Of a stretch of 64,000 nucleotides of DNA, positions 23,060-37,489 are shown in pieces; the stretch's first letter is position 1, and the number at the start of each line of letters is the position of its first letter. The translations under genes were made by a program, and so were the position numbers. The stretch is from Mustelus asterias (Eukaryota): contig NC_135804.1 in NCBI RefSeq assembly GCF_964213995.1, positions 68,572,001-68,636,000 of the forward strand, written 5' to 3'. The notes under the pieces were generated by a model that was given only the letters and a program-made list of their open reading frames with translations, searched no databases and was not told the DNA's origin.

Positions 23060-26000
23060 TATTTTTCTTATTCATTCACAGAATGTGGATGTCGCTGGCT
23101 AGACCAGCATTTATTGCTCATCCCCAATTAGCCTTGAGAAGGTGGCGGTGAGCTGCCTTCTTGAATCACGACAATCCTTGTAGGACTGTTAGTTCTGTTA
23201 GGAGGGAGTCCCTGGATTTTGACCCAGTGACGATGAGCAAACGGCGATATAATTCTAAGTTAGGATGGCGTGTACAAATGGCGCTGCCCCATGCACCTGT
23301 GGCCTTTATACTTATAGAGGTAGACGTCGTTGAGTTTGAAAGGTGCTGCTAAGGAGAGTTTTTGCAGTGCATCTTGTAAATGTACAACCACTGCTGCAGC
23401 CATGCATGACTCCTGGTGGGGTTCTTTGAGAAAGTAAGAAGCAACGTGGATGGAGAGGAATCTGAGGATGTGTTGTACTTAGATTTCCAAAGGCATTTGA
23501 CAAAATGCCATGGTAAAGTTTCCTACCCAAAATAGGAGTACATGGTGTAGGGGGTAACACATTAGCATGAATCCAAGATTGGCTATCTAACAAGAAGCAG
23601 ACAGTAAGTATAAATTGACCGTTTTTGGGTTGGCAAAATGTGAAGAGTAGACTGTCACAGGGATTAGTATTTGTGTCTCATCTATTTCCAATTTTTGATC
23701 AATGACTTGGATAAAGGGACCAAATACACAGTTGTGAACTCTGCCAATGCCACAAAGATAGGTAGGGAAGTAGGATAGCATGTACTTGCTGAGTCGACAA
23801 AATAGCACATGCAATCATGTAAGGAAAATGTGAATGTGTCCACTTTGGCAGGAAGATTTGCAAAACAGTAAATTATTCAAATAGAGAGCGATTGCAGAAC
23901 TCTGGGGTACAGAGGGACTTGGCTGCCCTGGTGCTTGAATCACAAAAGATTAGCGTGCAGATACAATAGATGATAAAGAAGGCAGATGGAATATTGTAAT
24001 TTATTACAAGAGGAGTTGATTATGAAGGGAAGGATGTTTTGCTAAAGCTTTACAGGGCGATGGTAAGACCACATCTGGAAAACTATGTCCAGTTGTGGTC
24101 TCCATATTTATAGAAGGGTGGAAATGCTTTATAAGTTCAGAGAAGGTCCAGTCGAAGTCCACTCCTAGGGTGGGGAAAGGTTGAATAAGTTTGGCTTGTA
24201 TTCATTGCAGTTTACAAGAATGAGAGGTGATCTTACTGAAACATATGATCCCGAGGAGAATTGACAGGGTGCATGCTGAGAGGATGGTTCCCGTTGTGGT
24301 AGAGACTTGGAACCCAATTTAAAATGATGGGGTCTCCCGTTTAAGATTGGGATGAGGAGATTTGTTTATCACTCAGAGGGTCATTAGATTTTGGAACTTG
24401 TTTCCCAAGAGACGTGAAGGTAGAGTCAACGATGTCATTGTTGTAGCTGTACTGGAACAGATTGCCTCGAGGCACAAATAGTTCTGGAAATCAAGTTTTC
24501 AAGTACTGCTGCCAGAGGTTGTCAGGGCCCACAGCCTTTTCAGTATTCATCAGCTGTTTCTTGATATTGTATGAACCTGTGATGCTGGAGAGCTCAGGAC
24601 AAGCCCAAATGAATCCTCAGTTCAGGTAAGCGTTGTCTCAATCACTCGATCCTAGTATTTTGCACTGATAATTCTGTCAGTCCTGCATAATTGAGGATGG
24701 GGAAATTTGTTTATCCCCCTACTTTGTTTAGTTATTTAATTACCCACCACTATTCTCAATGATTGTGGCAGGACTACAGAGATTAGTTTTTTTTTTTTGC
24801 TTTGGGATCTCTCAGTTGTGTCTATCGGATGCTTTTTTCACTCTTTGATATGTAACTGAAACTGGTTCTTGAGCATCACCATGTTTTCACCTCATTTGGA
24901 TTGTTGCTCCTGATATTCCCTCCCGCATTGTTCACTGAACGAGGTTTGATCCCCGGGTTTGATTCCATTGGTATGGTGGGGAAACGCCAAGCCCTGCTGT
25001 TGAATATAATTATGTTGCTAATGAAGCATAATGCCCTATTGATGCCACGTTTTGAGTTTTTGAGAATTAATTCATAGAATTGGGTATCGTGGACAATGCC
25101 AGCATTTATTACCCATTCTTAATTACTATTGCGCAGGTGGTCTTGAGTTGGGTTCTTGGATTGTTGTAGTCCATGAGGTGTAGGTATACGCACCGAGCTA
25201 TTAGGGAGGGAGTTCCAGGACTTTGAACCTTCGACCGTGAAGGAACAAAGATATAATTCGATGTTAGGGTAGGGATGGCTAGGAGGAGAACTTATAAGTG
25301 TTGCTTGGTCTGTTGAAAATCTATCTCATCCAGCACAGTGATAGTGCTAGACAGCAATATTGAAGATGGACTTCATCTCCACAAGGAGTGTGCAGTGCTC
25401 ATTTCCAATACTGGCATGTGCAGATACATCTGTGTTAGATGGTTTGTTCAGACCAAGATGATTTAGGATATTTTCCCCATATTAACTGCTTCATCGTATA
25501 TTGCCAACCCAGTCTAGCAGCTATGTCCTTTAGGACACAATTAGCTCGAACCGAGGTGCTGGTTTCAAACCAGGCTTTCAGTCTATCATTGAAGTCCCGC
25601 ACCAGGGTACATTCTGTGAACTTGCCACATGCAGGGAACATTCTGTGACATTGCCACATGCAGGGTACATTCTGTGACATTGCCACTTGTTCGTCATGGA
25701 GAAATACTGATTCATCAGCTGAGGCAGGTGGTGGGGGGTTGTTGTCAGTCGGAGGTTTCCCTGTCCATCTTTGTCCCGATACCATGAGACTTAATGGAGT
25801 CAGAAGTGAATGATGAGGACTCCAGGGGCAATTCTCTCTCCTGACTGAATATCACTTGCTGCCACTTCTGATGTGCCTGCTGTGCAGTGGGACATGACAT
25901 ATCCAGGGATGGTGATGTCTGGAACATTTCCTTTAAGAAATGATTCGGTGAGTATGACTATGTCAGGCTGTTAGTTGAGTGGTCTGTGAGACAGCTCTCC

Positions 26001-26690
26001 AAGTTTTGCCACAAGCCCCCACATGTTAGTATGGATGACATCGCAGGATCAATAAGGTTGGCTGTGTTGTTGTCAGTGCAGAAATCAATGCCTGGTCGTC
26101 CGTTCGGTTTCAGTCCCCTTTGACTTTCAAGCAGTTTGTTACAACTCAGTGACTTGCTGGAACATTTCAGAGAACATTTACGAGAGAGCTTTGGGCCTGC
26201 AATTGCATGTCGGCCAGATCAGGTTTCCTTTCCTAAAGGTGAAGCATATCGGTATTTCTGACAAAATTAATTCCAAATTCTAATAATTGAATTTAAATTC
26301 CACCAACTAACTTGGTGGGATTTGAACTCATCCCCAGTGCATTAGCTTGGATCTCTTGATTGCTAGCCCAGTAATATTATCTGACACGGTTGGGATGTTT
26401 CCTCTTGTGAGTGAGTCCTGAGCTAGGGGAGACTGTTTTAAAATTAGGCGTTGTCCTTTTAGGACAAAGATTAGGATCTTTATTTTCTCCTTAAAACATA
26501 TCAACTCAGAAAGCCATTGAATATTTTAAAGATGGATGTGGATAGATTCTTGTTAGGAAAGGGAATCAAAGGTTATCGGGGTAAATGGGAATGTCGATTT
26601 CAAAACACAAACAGATCAACCAGGATCAAATTACGGAGCAGGCTCGAGGGTCAAATGGCCCACATATGCTCCTTTTTCGTATGACTGTAG
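23060..26690. mobile_element. Mosaic of old degenerate LINE fragments, including a + strand CR1 at about 23420-24420
   Basis: Decayed RT motifs (DFQRHLTK / GCVVLRF frame remnants; gtaagaccacatctgg; aatgagaggtgatctt) and repeated 3'-end blocks ccagcatttatt...cc.aatt at 23100 and 25100. Confidence 0.65.
25603..25686. repeat. Tandem repeat, about 3 x 29 bp
   Basis: cagggtacattctgtgacattgccacatg units starting at 25603, 25632 and 25661. Confidence 0.9.
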
Positions 26691-26810
26691 CCGCCTGTAC
26701 CTTAATACAAATGACCGGAAAGATTGAATGTTTGCTTTGTTTCAGAGGTTGATTATATTGAATTGAATAGTGTAGTGTTTTTATTTGTACAATTCATTTA
26801 ATTCTTGCAG

Positions 26811-26921
26811 GAGATCAGAGCACCAATTTCTTATTGATTTCTGCATCGGCAGGAGGCGGGTTCGTTCTCCTGATGTTCGGTCTCATTATTGTGAAGCATT
26901 GTGTCACAAAGAAAAATAACG
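26811..26921 (+). CDS. Gene 1 exon 4: stalk plus uncharged transmembrane helix
   Basis: Acceptor ttcttgcag; GDQSTNFLLISASAGGGFVLLMFGLIIVKHCVTKKNN; donor G|GTAAGA; 111 bp, phase 1-1. Confidence 0.9.
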
Positions 26922-27344
26922 GTAAGAAAGAATTTCTCCTTTTCACTCAAGTAAGCGCAACTTTTGAAGAGGGAGGGAGAGCGAGGGGAAACGTCCTGTT
27001 ACAGGTAAAGAGGAACTTGTTTGCAACTGAACAGTGCAAACAATATCCTGTCACACAGAAGCAGAGGTGATCACTGCTGATTATAGCCGCTTGTCCCGAT
27101 ATTTGGTGTACGTGCAATCTCTCACAGTCACTCCTGTTGGCTTCATTTATACAGATCAGGCGAGAGAAGTCAGTGATCCCCAAAGGCATATCCGCAAATA
27201 CGTAGCAAAAGTCTCGCACACAATACCCTGGGTACAACAATAGGCAAAGGGGCCATATTTTAGGGGCATTTGACTGGGGTGACGCACAGCTGCAGGTTCA
27301 AAAGACTAATAAAAAATGCCCTGAAAATCAATGATTGTCAAGTA

Positions 27345-28308
27345 TCATTTTGTCATTTTCATAAATGACCTGGATGAGGGATGGGTTGGTAAGTTTGCCG
27401 ACGACACGAAGGTTGGTGGTGTTGTGGATAGTTTGGAGGGATGTCAGAAGCTGCAGCGTGACATAGATAGGATGCAAGACTGGGCGGAGAAGTGGCAGAT
27501 GGACTTCAACCCGGATAAATTTGTAGTGGTACATTTTGGCAGGTCAAATGGGATGAAGGAGTATAGTATCAACGGTAAGACTCTTAGCAGCGTAGAGGAT
27601 CAGAAGGACCTTGGGGTCCGGGTCCATAGGGCTCTTAAATCGGCCTCGCAGGTAGAGGAGGTGGTTAAGAAGGCGTATGGTGTGCTGGCCTTCATCAATT
27701 GAGGGATTGAGTTGAGGAGTCGGGAGATAACGATGCAGCTTTATAAGACCCTCGTCAGACCCCACTTAGAGTACTGTGCTCAGTTCTGGTCACCTCGTTA
27801 CAGGAAGGATGAAGAAATTATTGAAAGGATGCAGAGAAGATTTACAAGGATGTTGCCTGGATTGGTTGGCATGCCTTATGAGGCTAGGTTGAGAGAGCTC
27901 GGTCTATTCTCATTAGAGAGACGAAGGATGAGAGGTGACCTGATAGAGGTGTACAAGATGTTGAGAGGTATAGATCGGGTGAATTCTCGGAGGCTTTTTC
28001 CCAGGGCTGAAATGGTTGCTACGAGAGGACAGGTTTAAGGTGCTGGGGAGTAGGTACAGAGGAGATGTCAGGGGTAAGTTTTTCACTCAGAGGGTGGTGG
28101 ATGAGTGGAATCGGCTGCCGTCAATGGTGGTGGAGGCAAACTCGACAGGGTCTTTTAAGAGACTTCTGGATCAGTACATGGGATTTAATAGGATTGAGGG
28201 TAAAAGGTAAGCCTATATATAGGCTTAGGCAGGTAGGGTCATGACCAGCGCAACTTGTGGGCCGAAGGGCCTGTTTGTGCTGTAGTTTTTCTATGTTCTA
28301 TGTTCTAT
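27345..28308 (+). mobile_element. CR1 3' fragment
   Basis: FINDLD, KFADDTK, LVRPHLEYC; tail (TTCTATG)n. Same family as 55280-56700. Confidence 0.9.
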
Positions 28309-28505
28309 CAAAGTTCTACAAAAATGTCTAACCCAACACCAGACATTTGAGAGTCGCAAGGAAAACGACATCATAAGACAATTCAATTGATAAATTTAAT
28401 GCTGTGAAATACATTTCTTTTTTCAAATTACTTTGTTTCAATTCACTAAGACACTAAAAATTTCCAATATTGAAGCAAAATGTTGGTCGCAAAATATTCG
28501 CGCAG

Positions 28506-28787
28506 TACGGTGGCACAGTGGTTAGCACAGCTGCCTCACAACGCCAGGGACCCGGGTTCAATTTCAAGGTCATTGCCTGTGTGGAGCGTGCACATTCTCC
28601 CGTGCCTGTGTGGGTTTCCTCCGGGTGCTCCGGTTTCCTATCACAGTCCAAAGATGTGCAGGTTAGGTTGATTTGCCCTGCTAACTTGACCTTAGCAGGG
28701 TAAATATGTGGGGTTACGGGAGTAGGGACTGGAAGGGATTGTGGTCGGTGCAGACTCGACGGGCTCAATGGCCCGTTTATTCTGCCC
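28506..28787 (+). mobile_element. HE1-like SINE
   Basis: tRNA-like head, V-domain and partial tail. Confidence 0.85.
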
Positions 28788-28841
28788 ACGCGATTTCCGA
28801 AGTAGACTCGGAAGGCACGGCCGGCATCAAAACAACTTACT

Positions 28842-29157
28842 TAGAAATCATGGAATCCTACAGTGCAGAAAGAGGCCATTCGGCTCATCGAGTCTGCACC
28901 AACCACAATCCCACCTAAGCCCTATCCCCACATATTTACCCACTAATCCATGCACCCCGGGACACTACAGGCAATTTAGAATGGCCAATCAACCTAGCCC
29001 ACACATCTTTGGAAGGTGGGAGGGAACCAGAGCACACCCACGCTGACACAGGGAGAATATGCAAACTCCACACAAACAGTGACCCCAGCTGGGATTCGAA
29101 CCCAGGTCCCTGGAGCTGTGAAGCAGCAGTGCTAACCACTGTGCTACCGTGCCGCCC
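28842..29157 (-). mobile_element. HE1-like SINE
   Basis: Matches 9021-9376. Confidence 0.88.
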
Positions 29158-29277
29158 TTCCTACTGTCAAACCTGATTGGAAACCAAACCTGTCATTTTA
29201 TGTTTTACACTGAATCTACAAGAAGTTCATTTCTCGGCTCAGTAAATGCTCATTGTAAAGTCTTCAATAATTCCTAG

Positions 29278-29321
29278 GTATGCAGAAAGATGGTGAAAGA
29301 TGTCATTATCCGGAACAGCAG
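29278..29321 (+). CDS. Gene 1 exon 5: short cytoplasmic exon GMQKDGERCHYPEQQ
   Basis: ttcctag acceptor and CAG|GTATGT donor; 44 bp. It converts phase 1 to phase 0, exactly what is needed to join exon 4 to exon 6. Confidence 0.8.
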
Positions 29322-30139
29322 GTATGTTTCTATAATTCATTCTAACACATCGCAAATGTTAATATATACAAGTGATGTAATCAATTTACGGCAATGAACG
29401 TTTACGTTTTATCCCATCGCTGCACCAATTCATTCGCAGAAACGCAATGCGAATTTTGCATTTAAGTCATTTCCGATAGATCAGAGATGCCTGAATTGTC
29501 TACCTGAATTGTAACTGTATCTGCCTGAATTGTAACTGTATCCGCTGGCTGCGAATAAGTATATTGCATAAAACTGAACATCCATTTTAATGAACAGGTA
29601 AAGAAAAAAACGATTTTATCTGTCTGTACACAGCGGGCAATGTGATGACGGCTGTACAGTATCCATTAACAAATTGCAAACTGTGTCACATGATTTCATC
29701 CGACTGTGATATTTTGAATTCAGTTTTCATCAATCTATCTCATCAAAATACGACAGCAGCAAGAATATCCATTAAGTTGTGCTCCCTCAAGAACCTAATT
29801 GGTTCATTAAAGTCTGACAACAAAGCACATCTACCGTATTTAAATGACAGACGTCCACACTGTATAGGTTAACTCTCAACTCCGTTGTGAAATTTCCGCA
29901 TATGCCCATCACCGGCTTCTCAAGACATCCAAGTTTAGGCAATCAAACGTGGCCCAGTCAGCAGATCCAGAAATTGAGAGTTAGTTCAAAATGCTATCAA
30001 AGTTGTCAGTTTTTCTTTAATGTTCCCACGCGTGCCCAGGCAATGGAACTGGAATTTGGGATCAATTTGCCACAGTGAGAATAACCACAAGGAGGCAGGT
30101 TCCAGGAAATTGGCATTCGCTCCCATTGCCTTATCCGCC

Positions 30140-30868
30140 CATCAAATAATCCAACTGAATTTGGAACAATCCCAACAAATGCAAAGGAAGAGCATTATTT
30201 AAATAGCGATATATTGGGAATTTTGGATGCACAAACGGATCTGAGTGTCCTTGTACACCAGTCAATGAAAGTGCAGATACAGGTGAAGCAAGCAGTTAGG
30301 AAGGCAAATTGACTTTATTGCAAGAGGACTTGAGTTCTGAAGTATAGATGTCTTGCTGGAGTTATACGGTGCCTTGGTAAGACCACACCTGGAGTATTGT
30401 GGACAGTTTTGTTCTCCCCACCTAAGAAAGGGTATACCTACTATGCAGGGAGTGCAGCAGAACTTCTTAGGCGGATACCGGGTTTGGTTGGACTGTCCTC
30501 TTAGGAGAGCTTGGTTCAAATTGACCTGTATTCGCTGGAAATTGGAAGGATGAGAGGAAAGCTGATTGAAACATATAAAATTCTGACAAAGCTAGACAGA
30601 CGAGATGCAAGAGAAGATGTTTTCCCTGGTTGGGGAATCTAGAATGGGGGCACAGTGTCAGTACATAGGGTCGCCCATTTAGGACTGAGATGAATAGATC
30701 TAACTTCACACAAACGCTAGCGAACCTGTGGAAATTTCTACTACAGAAGGCGATGGAGGCGAAGTCACTGAGTGTACTCAAGAAAGAGATTTTTTTAGAT
30801 TTTAATGGTTTCAATGGATATAGGGAAAAAGCATGGATGTGGCATTGAGATCGAGGATCCACCTTGGA
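30140..30868 (+). mobile_element. Degenerate CR1 3' fragment
   Basis: LYGALVRPHLEYCGQFCSPH. Confidence 0.8.
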
Positions 30869-33800
30869 AACAGAGAAAACAGAAGCAGGAGTTGGCCATT
30901 CAGCCCATCGAGCCTGCTCAGCAATTCATTTTGATTATGGCTGATCATCAAACTCAATATCCTGATCGCACCTTCCCCCATATCCCTTGATCCCTATACC
31001 AAAGAGGTATATCTAATTTCTTTTTGAAATCACCCAATCTCTGGGTGAATAAATTTCTCCTCATCTCAGTCCTAAAAGATTTATCCCATATGCTCACATG
31101 ATCACCCCTCGATCTGCACTGCCCACCATCGGGAAAATTCTTTCCGAATCTACCCTGCCTAACCCTGTTAGAATTTTATATGTTTCTATGAGATCCCCTC
31201 TCACTCTTCTAAACTCTAATGAATATAATCTTAACTGACTGAGTCTTGCCTCATATTACAGACCTGCTATCTCAGGAATCAGTCTGGTAAACATTTGTTG
31301 CGCTCCCTCTATAGCAAGAACATTCTTCCTCAGATAAGGATACCAAAACAGCACACAATACTCCAAGTGTGGCCTCAACAATGCCCTGTACAATTGTACT
31401 ATAATCAAATGCTCTTGCCATGAAAATCAACATACCATATGCCTTCTTAACTGCCTGCTCTACCTGCGCACTTACTTTCAGTAATTGATGCAGGAGGACA
31501 CCAAGGTCTCGCTGATGATGCACCCCTCAACTTACAACCATTCAAATAACCTCATATTTATCCATATTATGCTGCATATGCCACGCATATTACCACTCAC
31601 TCAGCCTGTCGAAATCACGCTGAAGCATCTCTATATCCTCTTCACAGCTCACCCTTCCACTCAACTTTGTATCATCTGAAAGCTTGGAGATAATGCATTT
31701 ATTTTCCTCTTCCAAATCATTAATATATAATGTGATCAGTTGAGGATTCCAGCACAGATCCTTGTGGCACCCGAATAGCCACTGCCTGCCATTCAGAAAA
31801 AGACCCATTATGCCAACTGTTTGTTTCCTATCTGCTAATCAGCTTTCCATCCATCTCAAGACATAACAATAATCCTATTTGTTTTAACATTACACAGTAG
31901 TCTGCTATGTGAGACCTTGCTGAAGGCCTTCTGAACGTCTAAATAAGCCACATTCACCAGTTCTCCTTGGTCAACTCTACTAGTTAGATCCTCAAAAATT
32001 CCAATAGATCCATCAGGAATTATTTCTTCTTTGTCTGATTATGCCACTGCTTTCCAAATGCTCAACTATAAAATCCAATTCTAGCAACTTCGCCAGTACT
32101 GACGTTAGGCTGACTGGTCTATAGTTCGCTGTTTGCTCTCTCACTCCCTTTTTGAAGAGACACAATTTCCAGGGCCACTTGGTTAAGAAGTCTGGAATGA
32201 ACATTATCAATTCCTGGAGATTTATCCAGTTTCAATCCCATCAATTTCCCCGAAACCATTTACCTACTAACACCGATTTCCATCAGCGCCTCACGGAAAC
32301 CTGTTTTCTCTCAGGACTTCTGGTACATTATTTCTATCTTCCTTTGAAGGCTGAAGAAAAGTATGAATTTAGTTACTCAGCCATTTCTTTGTTCGCTGTC
32401 ATGAATTCTCCCATTTCTGGTTGTAATGGGCCTACATTCGTTTTTGTGAATCTTTTTTCTCTTTCCATACTTATAGAAACTTTTAAGTCAGTTTTTATGC
32501 TTCCTGCTAATTTACTTTCATATTCTAATTTTCCCTTCTTCATCAATGCATTGGTCTTCCTTTGCTGAAAATTAAACTGTTCCCACTATTCAGGTCTATT
32601 GCTTTTTTTGCCAATTTGTATGCTTCTTCATTGAATCTTATACGATTTCCAATTTCCCGTGTAAGCTATGATTTGGCCACAGTTCCATTACTAATCATGG
32701 AATAACAGGGATAAGCAACTTAAATGCCTACCATTGCCTGTCCACTGTATTCCTTTTCAATAATACTCCCCAGTCCATTATCACCAATTCATGTCTTCTA
32801 CCATTATAGTTACCTTTATTGAGATTCTGGACCCTGGTCTCAGAATCAAACATGTCACTATCCACCTTGGCAAAGAATTCAATTATATTATGGTCACATC
32901 ACCAAGGACTTGTTCACTACTAGATTGCAAACGAATCCTTTCGCATTACACGATGCACAGCCCATGATGGCCTGTTCCTTTTTGGTTGCTCAACATATTG
33001 GTCCAGAAAACCATCCCGTATACAATCCAGACATTCTTCCTCGATCTTACTGTGATTAATTTGATGCTCCTAATCTATATGCAGGTGAAAGTCACCCATA
33101 ATCACAGATGTTCATTTAACACATGCAAATCTGATTTCCTGTCTAATGCTACTCCCAACATTGCCACTACAGTTTGCTATTCTGTATATCACATCCACAA
33201 ATGTTTTTATTCCCCCTTCGTGTTTCTTAACACAACCCATACAGATTCCACATCGTCTATGCCAATAATATCTTTCCTCAATATCATATCAATATTTTCT
33301 TTGATCAACAATACAACTCCACCATCTTTTCCTTTCTGACTGTCCTTCTTAAAGATTCAATAACCTTCCATGTTTAGTGCCAATCCTTTGTCAACTTGGA
33401 ACCATTTCTCTGTCATTCCAACTATATCATACCCGTTTACATCCATCTGTGCTACTAATTCGTTCATTTTTTTGAATGCTCTGAACGTTAGGTGAGCCCT
33501 TTTAATATTATTTGCTCATTCCCACAACTATCTTTTTACCATATTTTTACCTGAATCTGGCTCTTGATTTCTCTGCCTATCACTTTTCTTATTCTATTTG
33601 CAGTCTTTTTCCCTTGAACTTGCTTCCCCCTGCTTTGAATCCTTACTTAGATCCCCATCTCCCAGTCACTTCCCTATCACTGTAGCAAGAACCAGCCCCC
33701 CCCCCCCCCCACACCCCCCTCCCCCACTTCGAAGGAAACAAGTCCTGGTCCTGCTCAGGTCCCACCTCTCCATCCCAATGCCTCAGGAACCTGAAACCCT

Positions 33801-33990
33801 CTCCCTCACACCATATGTTTAGCCATGTATTCATCTGGCTGTTTCTACTCTGATTGGCATGTGGCACGAGTAGTAATCCTCGATAGCTATCTTTGAGGTG
33901 CTACTTTTCAGCTTGTTCCTTAGCTCCCTATATTCTGTTTATAGGACCCTTTTTTACCATTGTGATTTGTTCCAACGTGAACCACGATCA
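30869..33990 (-). mobile_element. Degenerate long CR1 (ORF1 esterase remnant through 3' tail)
   Basis: WCEGEGFRFLRHWD (ORF1), NYRPVSLTSV, YINDLEE..SKLSDDTK. Confidence 0.82.
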
Positions 33991-35042
33991 CTAGCTATTC
34001 ACCTTTGATCATATTGAATGATGGAGCAGACTCAATGGACTGCTTGTCCTACTGCTGCTCCGTTTCTGTTTTTTTATTATTCAATCGTGGGACATGGGCA
34101 TAGCTGGCTGGCCAGCATGTATTGCACATTCCTAGTTGTCCTCGCTCAGAGGGCAGTTGAGAGTCAACCACATTGCCTACTGCTCTGGAGTCACCTGAAG
34201 GCCAGACCAGGTAAGGATGCAGATTTCTTTCCTAAAGGACATTAGTGAACCAGGTGGGTTTTTCTGACAATTGACAATGGTTTCATGGTATTTAGTCGTT
34301 TCTTAATTCCAGATATTTTTATTGAATTCAAATTTCACCACCTGCTGTGGTGGGTTTTGAATCCAAAACATTAGCTGGGTTTCTGGGTAAGTAATCTAAC
34401 CATAATACCACCTGCCCCTATATTTTTTGTATTTGCCTTCAACTTTATTGCATTGATGGGGCCAGCGAGTTTGGTCAAACATGGAGAAACCTGTTGCAAT
34501 TGAGGGTACTGTGTCTGCCATATTTCCCATTTATTATAATGAATGGACAGAAATATGTTGCCATTTAGTCCATGTTTTGCAATACTCCATCAAATGCTCC
34601 ATCAAATTACTGGTCCAGGCAAGCAAGCAACATTTCAGAATATCACCCAGTCAATAGCTGAATACAATAATTATTTTTCTGTGATAGATTTTCACACTTG
34701 CTTTACATTTGTATCTCTAATTCCATTTCTTCTTCCTGCTTAATTCATCAGAGTCTAGCTTAGAGCAATGCGACGGAAATACCTATAGATAAAAAAAGAT
34801 ACACAATTAGATAATTATTATTATAGATGTCGATGTGGATATTGTGACATTGTGGATGAATTAAAGTCTCAAAGTAAGATTTATATTTAGTCTGGAAGTT
34901 CTCTGTCCTGTTGCAATATAAACTGTCTTGTCCCACATTGTGACCATTAATTGTAGATTTCTACTTGTGGTTTGTCTGAACATTGGAAGTGATCTGATTG
35001 CTGGCCAGGCTCCTTTCTCTCACCCTATGTTAATTCAATTCC

Positions 35043-35497
35043 AGTAAGAGTTTTAACAACACCAGGTTAAAGTCCAACAGGTTTATTTGGTACCAAATAC
35101 CATTAGCTTTCGGAGCGCTGCTCCTTTGTCAGATGGAGTGGAAATCTGCTCTCAAACAGGGCACAGAGACACAAAATCAAGTTATAGAATACTGAATAGA
35201 ATGCAAATCTCTACAGCCAACCAGGTCTTAAAGATACAGACAATGTGAGTGGAGAGAACATTAAGCACAGGTTAAAGAGATGTGTATTGTGTCCAGACAG
35301 GACATCCAGTGAGATTCTGCAAGTCCAGGAGGAAAGCTGTGGGGGTTACTGATGGTGTGACATAAACCCAACATCCCGGTTTAGGCCGTCCTCATGTGTG
35401 TGGAACTTGGCTATCAGTTTCTGCTCAGCGACTCTGCGCTGCTGTGTCTCATGAAGGCTGCCTTGGAGAACGCTTCCCCGAAGATCAGAGGCTGAAT
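35043..35497 (-). mobile_element. Penelope 3' fragment with hammerhead copy 4 (35100-35136)
   Basis: AEQKLIAKFHTHEDGLNRD; CCAU-CUGACAA-A-GGAGC-agc-GCUCC-GAAA-GC-UA-AUGG (G8 mutated to A). Confidence 0.88.
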
Positions 35498-36092
35498 GTC
35501 CAATTCCAACCAGGCGATAATTGCTGCAGAAATTTTCCAATTATGCTTAAAGTTGAATTTCGTAAAATAATATCAGTGGATTCCCTATTTTTGCTGTAGC
35601 ATCCATATGAATTCGACAGCGGCTCCCATCAATGGAATATAGGGAGCAACTGTGACCCCTCATTTGTTCCTTTATTTCCCTGATCAGGAGATTTCTCAGG
35701 ATTCCATTAATCTCAACAGAATACTCGGAGAAATCCCACAGCACTGAATGAAAGAATATCTTCAACCATCTATGCTGTTTCTCTCGGGATACTGCTAGCC
35801 ACCCATACAAGTATGGCCAGGAGACAAGTCGTATGTTTGTGGAATTGTACAGACAGATTTTTGTGTTTTCCTGATGCCAGATCATTAAGCAATGTTTGGG
35901 CAGGGCACCCAAATGGAAATCCGGTGGGTGGGATACCACCACCACATTTCAATGTTCGGAAAATGCGCCAAATTCTGTTCTCAGCAGTGCCTCCACCAGA
36001 TTTTCCATTCAGCGCTCAATGCTGACAATGCTTAAAGCCCAGATGGTAAATCTCTGAAACTCTGATCACCCTCGCACAAACTATTTATTTTT

Positions 36093-36938
36093 GGTAACAA
36101 GACTGGTAGAGACCCGGGCAGAAACTCCAAGTGATCTTGTAAATTTAGCCTGGACCCCAACTTTTTGTGATTTGGCAATGGTAGGAATACAAGGTGTTCC
36201 ACTCCAGGTGTGATAGCTTTTATGAAAACAAACTTTATTTAACAAGATAGTTAAAATATGACAAAAATAATTAACATAACTTTTAACAGTTGAAATACTT
36301 AAACATGATAAAATATAAATCTGAAGTTTTTTTTATTACTTCCAACTTAAGCAACAACCACAAAGGTGTATTTTTTCTTTAGAATCAGTTAGCAAGGCAC
36401 AGAGGCTGAAGTGAATTCCCACTGCTCCAGCTTTTTAATCCCTCTGGTCAGAGATACAGAGAGAGATACACGTCTTTGATTCTCAGATAGCAGCCTCCAG
36501 TGGAAAATCTGTCTTCACACAGCAGAACTCCAATGAGAGAGAGTGAGAAAACACCTCTTGCCTATTTCAGAACTCTGGAGAGAGATACCTTCAATTTCTG
36601 AAAACAGAGAGAGGGCAAAAGAGCAACTGCTGTTTTCAAATTCAAACTGCAACTGCCTTCTTTATCCTCTCTGTAAGCCTTGCCCTATCCACTCCACTTG
36701 TCAATTAACATGATAAAACACTACTCTGAAACCACAGGTATCACATCAAAGAATATCAACAATGCCCAGATTAAAACAAGTGCTCCAATAATTAGGATCA
36801 ATTAACCTTATGCAGTATCAGCAAGTGGGCTGTGAATTGTGAATAGTTGGCACATCGTAATTCGAGTTGAAGCATAAAACAGTCCCTTCAGAAGAAACAT
36901 GACACAAATACATTTCTTAAAGGCACAGTGTCGTCACG
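36093..36938 (-). mobile_element. Possible solo LTR
   Basis: Imperfect TG...CA-like ends (GTAAC... / ...GTCAC), minus-strand AATAAA at about 36235 and an LTR-like size. No clear TSD. Confidence 0.35.
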
Positions 36939-37489
36939 AGACTCAGTCCACCCTCTGGGTGCTGGTGCCGGAGGGATGGGACTCTGCCGGGATGCAATGG
37001 ACAGTAGTGATTTCATTTAATTCTGGATTCTGGGGCTGCAAATTATGGCTTATTCATATCATTCTGCAGAGGAGTACATGACAAGAGGTTTTTTTAAATT
37101 GTCTTTCAGTTCATTCAGGGAGCTGTCGAAATGTTGCCACCTTATGCTGCACCAGATACGACCAATTCCCAAAAAACTCCAAGACATCAAGAACAGGCAC
37201 CACACATCCAGGTAGGATCGAGCAAAGACGCGGAATGCGTAATTAACAAGTAGTGTATGGGAAAATACGTTTAATACTGCTTTGCTACTTCTGTTTGCGT
37301 TAGCACTAATTCTGCGAGACTCCCGCTATTATGTCAGTTATAGCTCCGTTTGGCTTCAGAGTCACAAGATTGTAGGATATAGCCTACTCAGGAGACTTGA
37401 GAGTAAAGTATAATTTGGCACTCCTGTGCATTACTGAGGGAAGTCTGCATTACCTGAAGTACCGCATTTCAAAGGAGACGTTAGACTGA

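Noticed and set aside
25603-25686. CRISPR-like 29-bp repeats
   Set aside because: Head-to-tail copies without spacers in vertebrate DNA; a simple tandem duplication.
34827-34873. Possible extra gene 1 exon (ttatag ... GTAAGA)
   Set aside because: It has a stop in the required phase-0 frame, and exons 5 and 6 join in frame without it.
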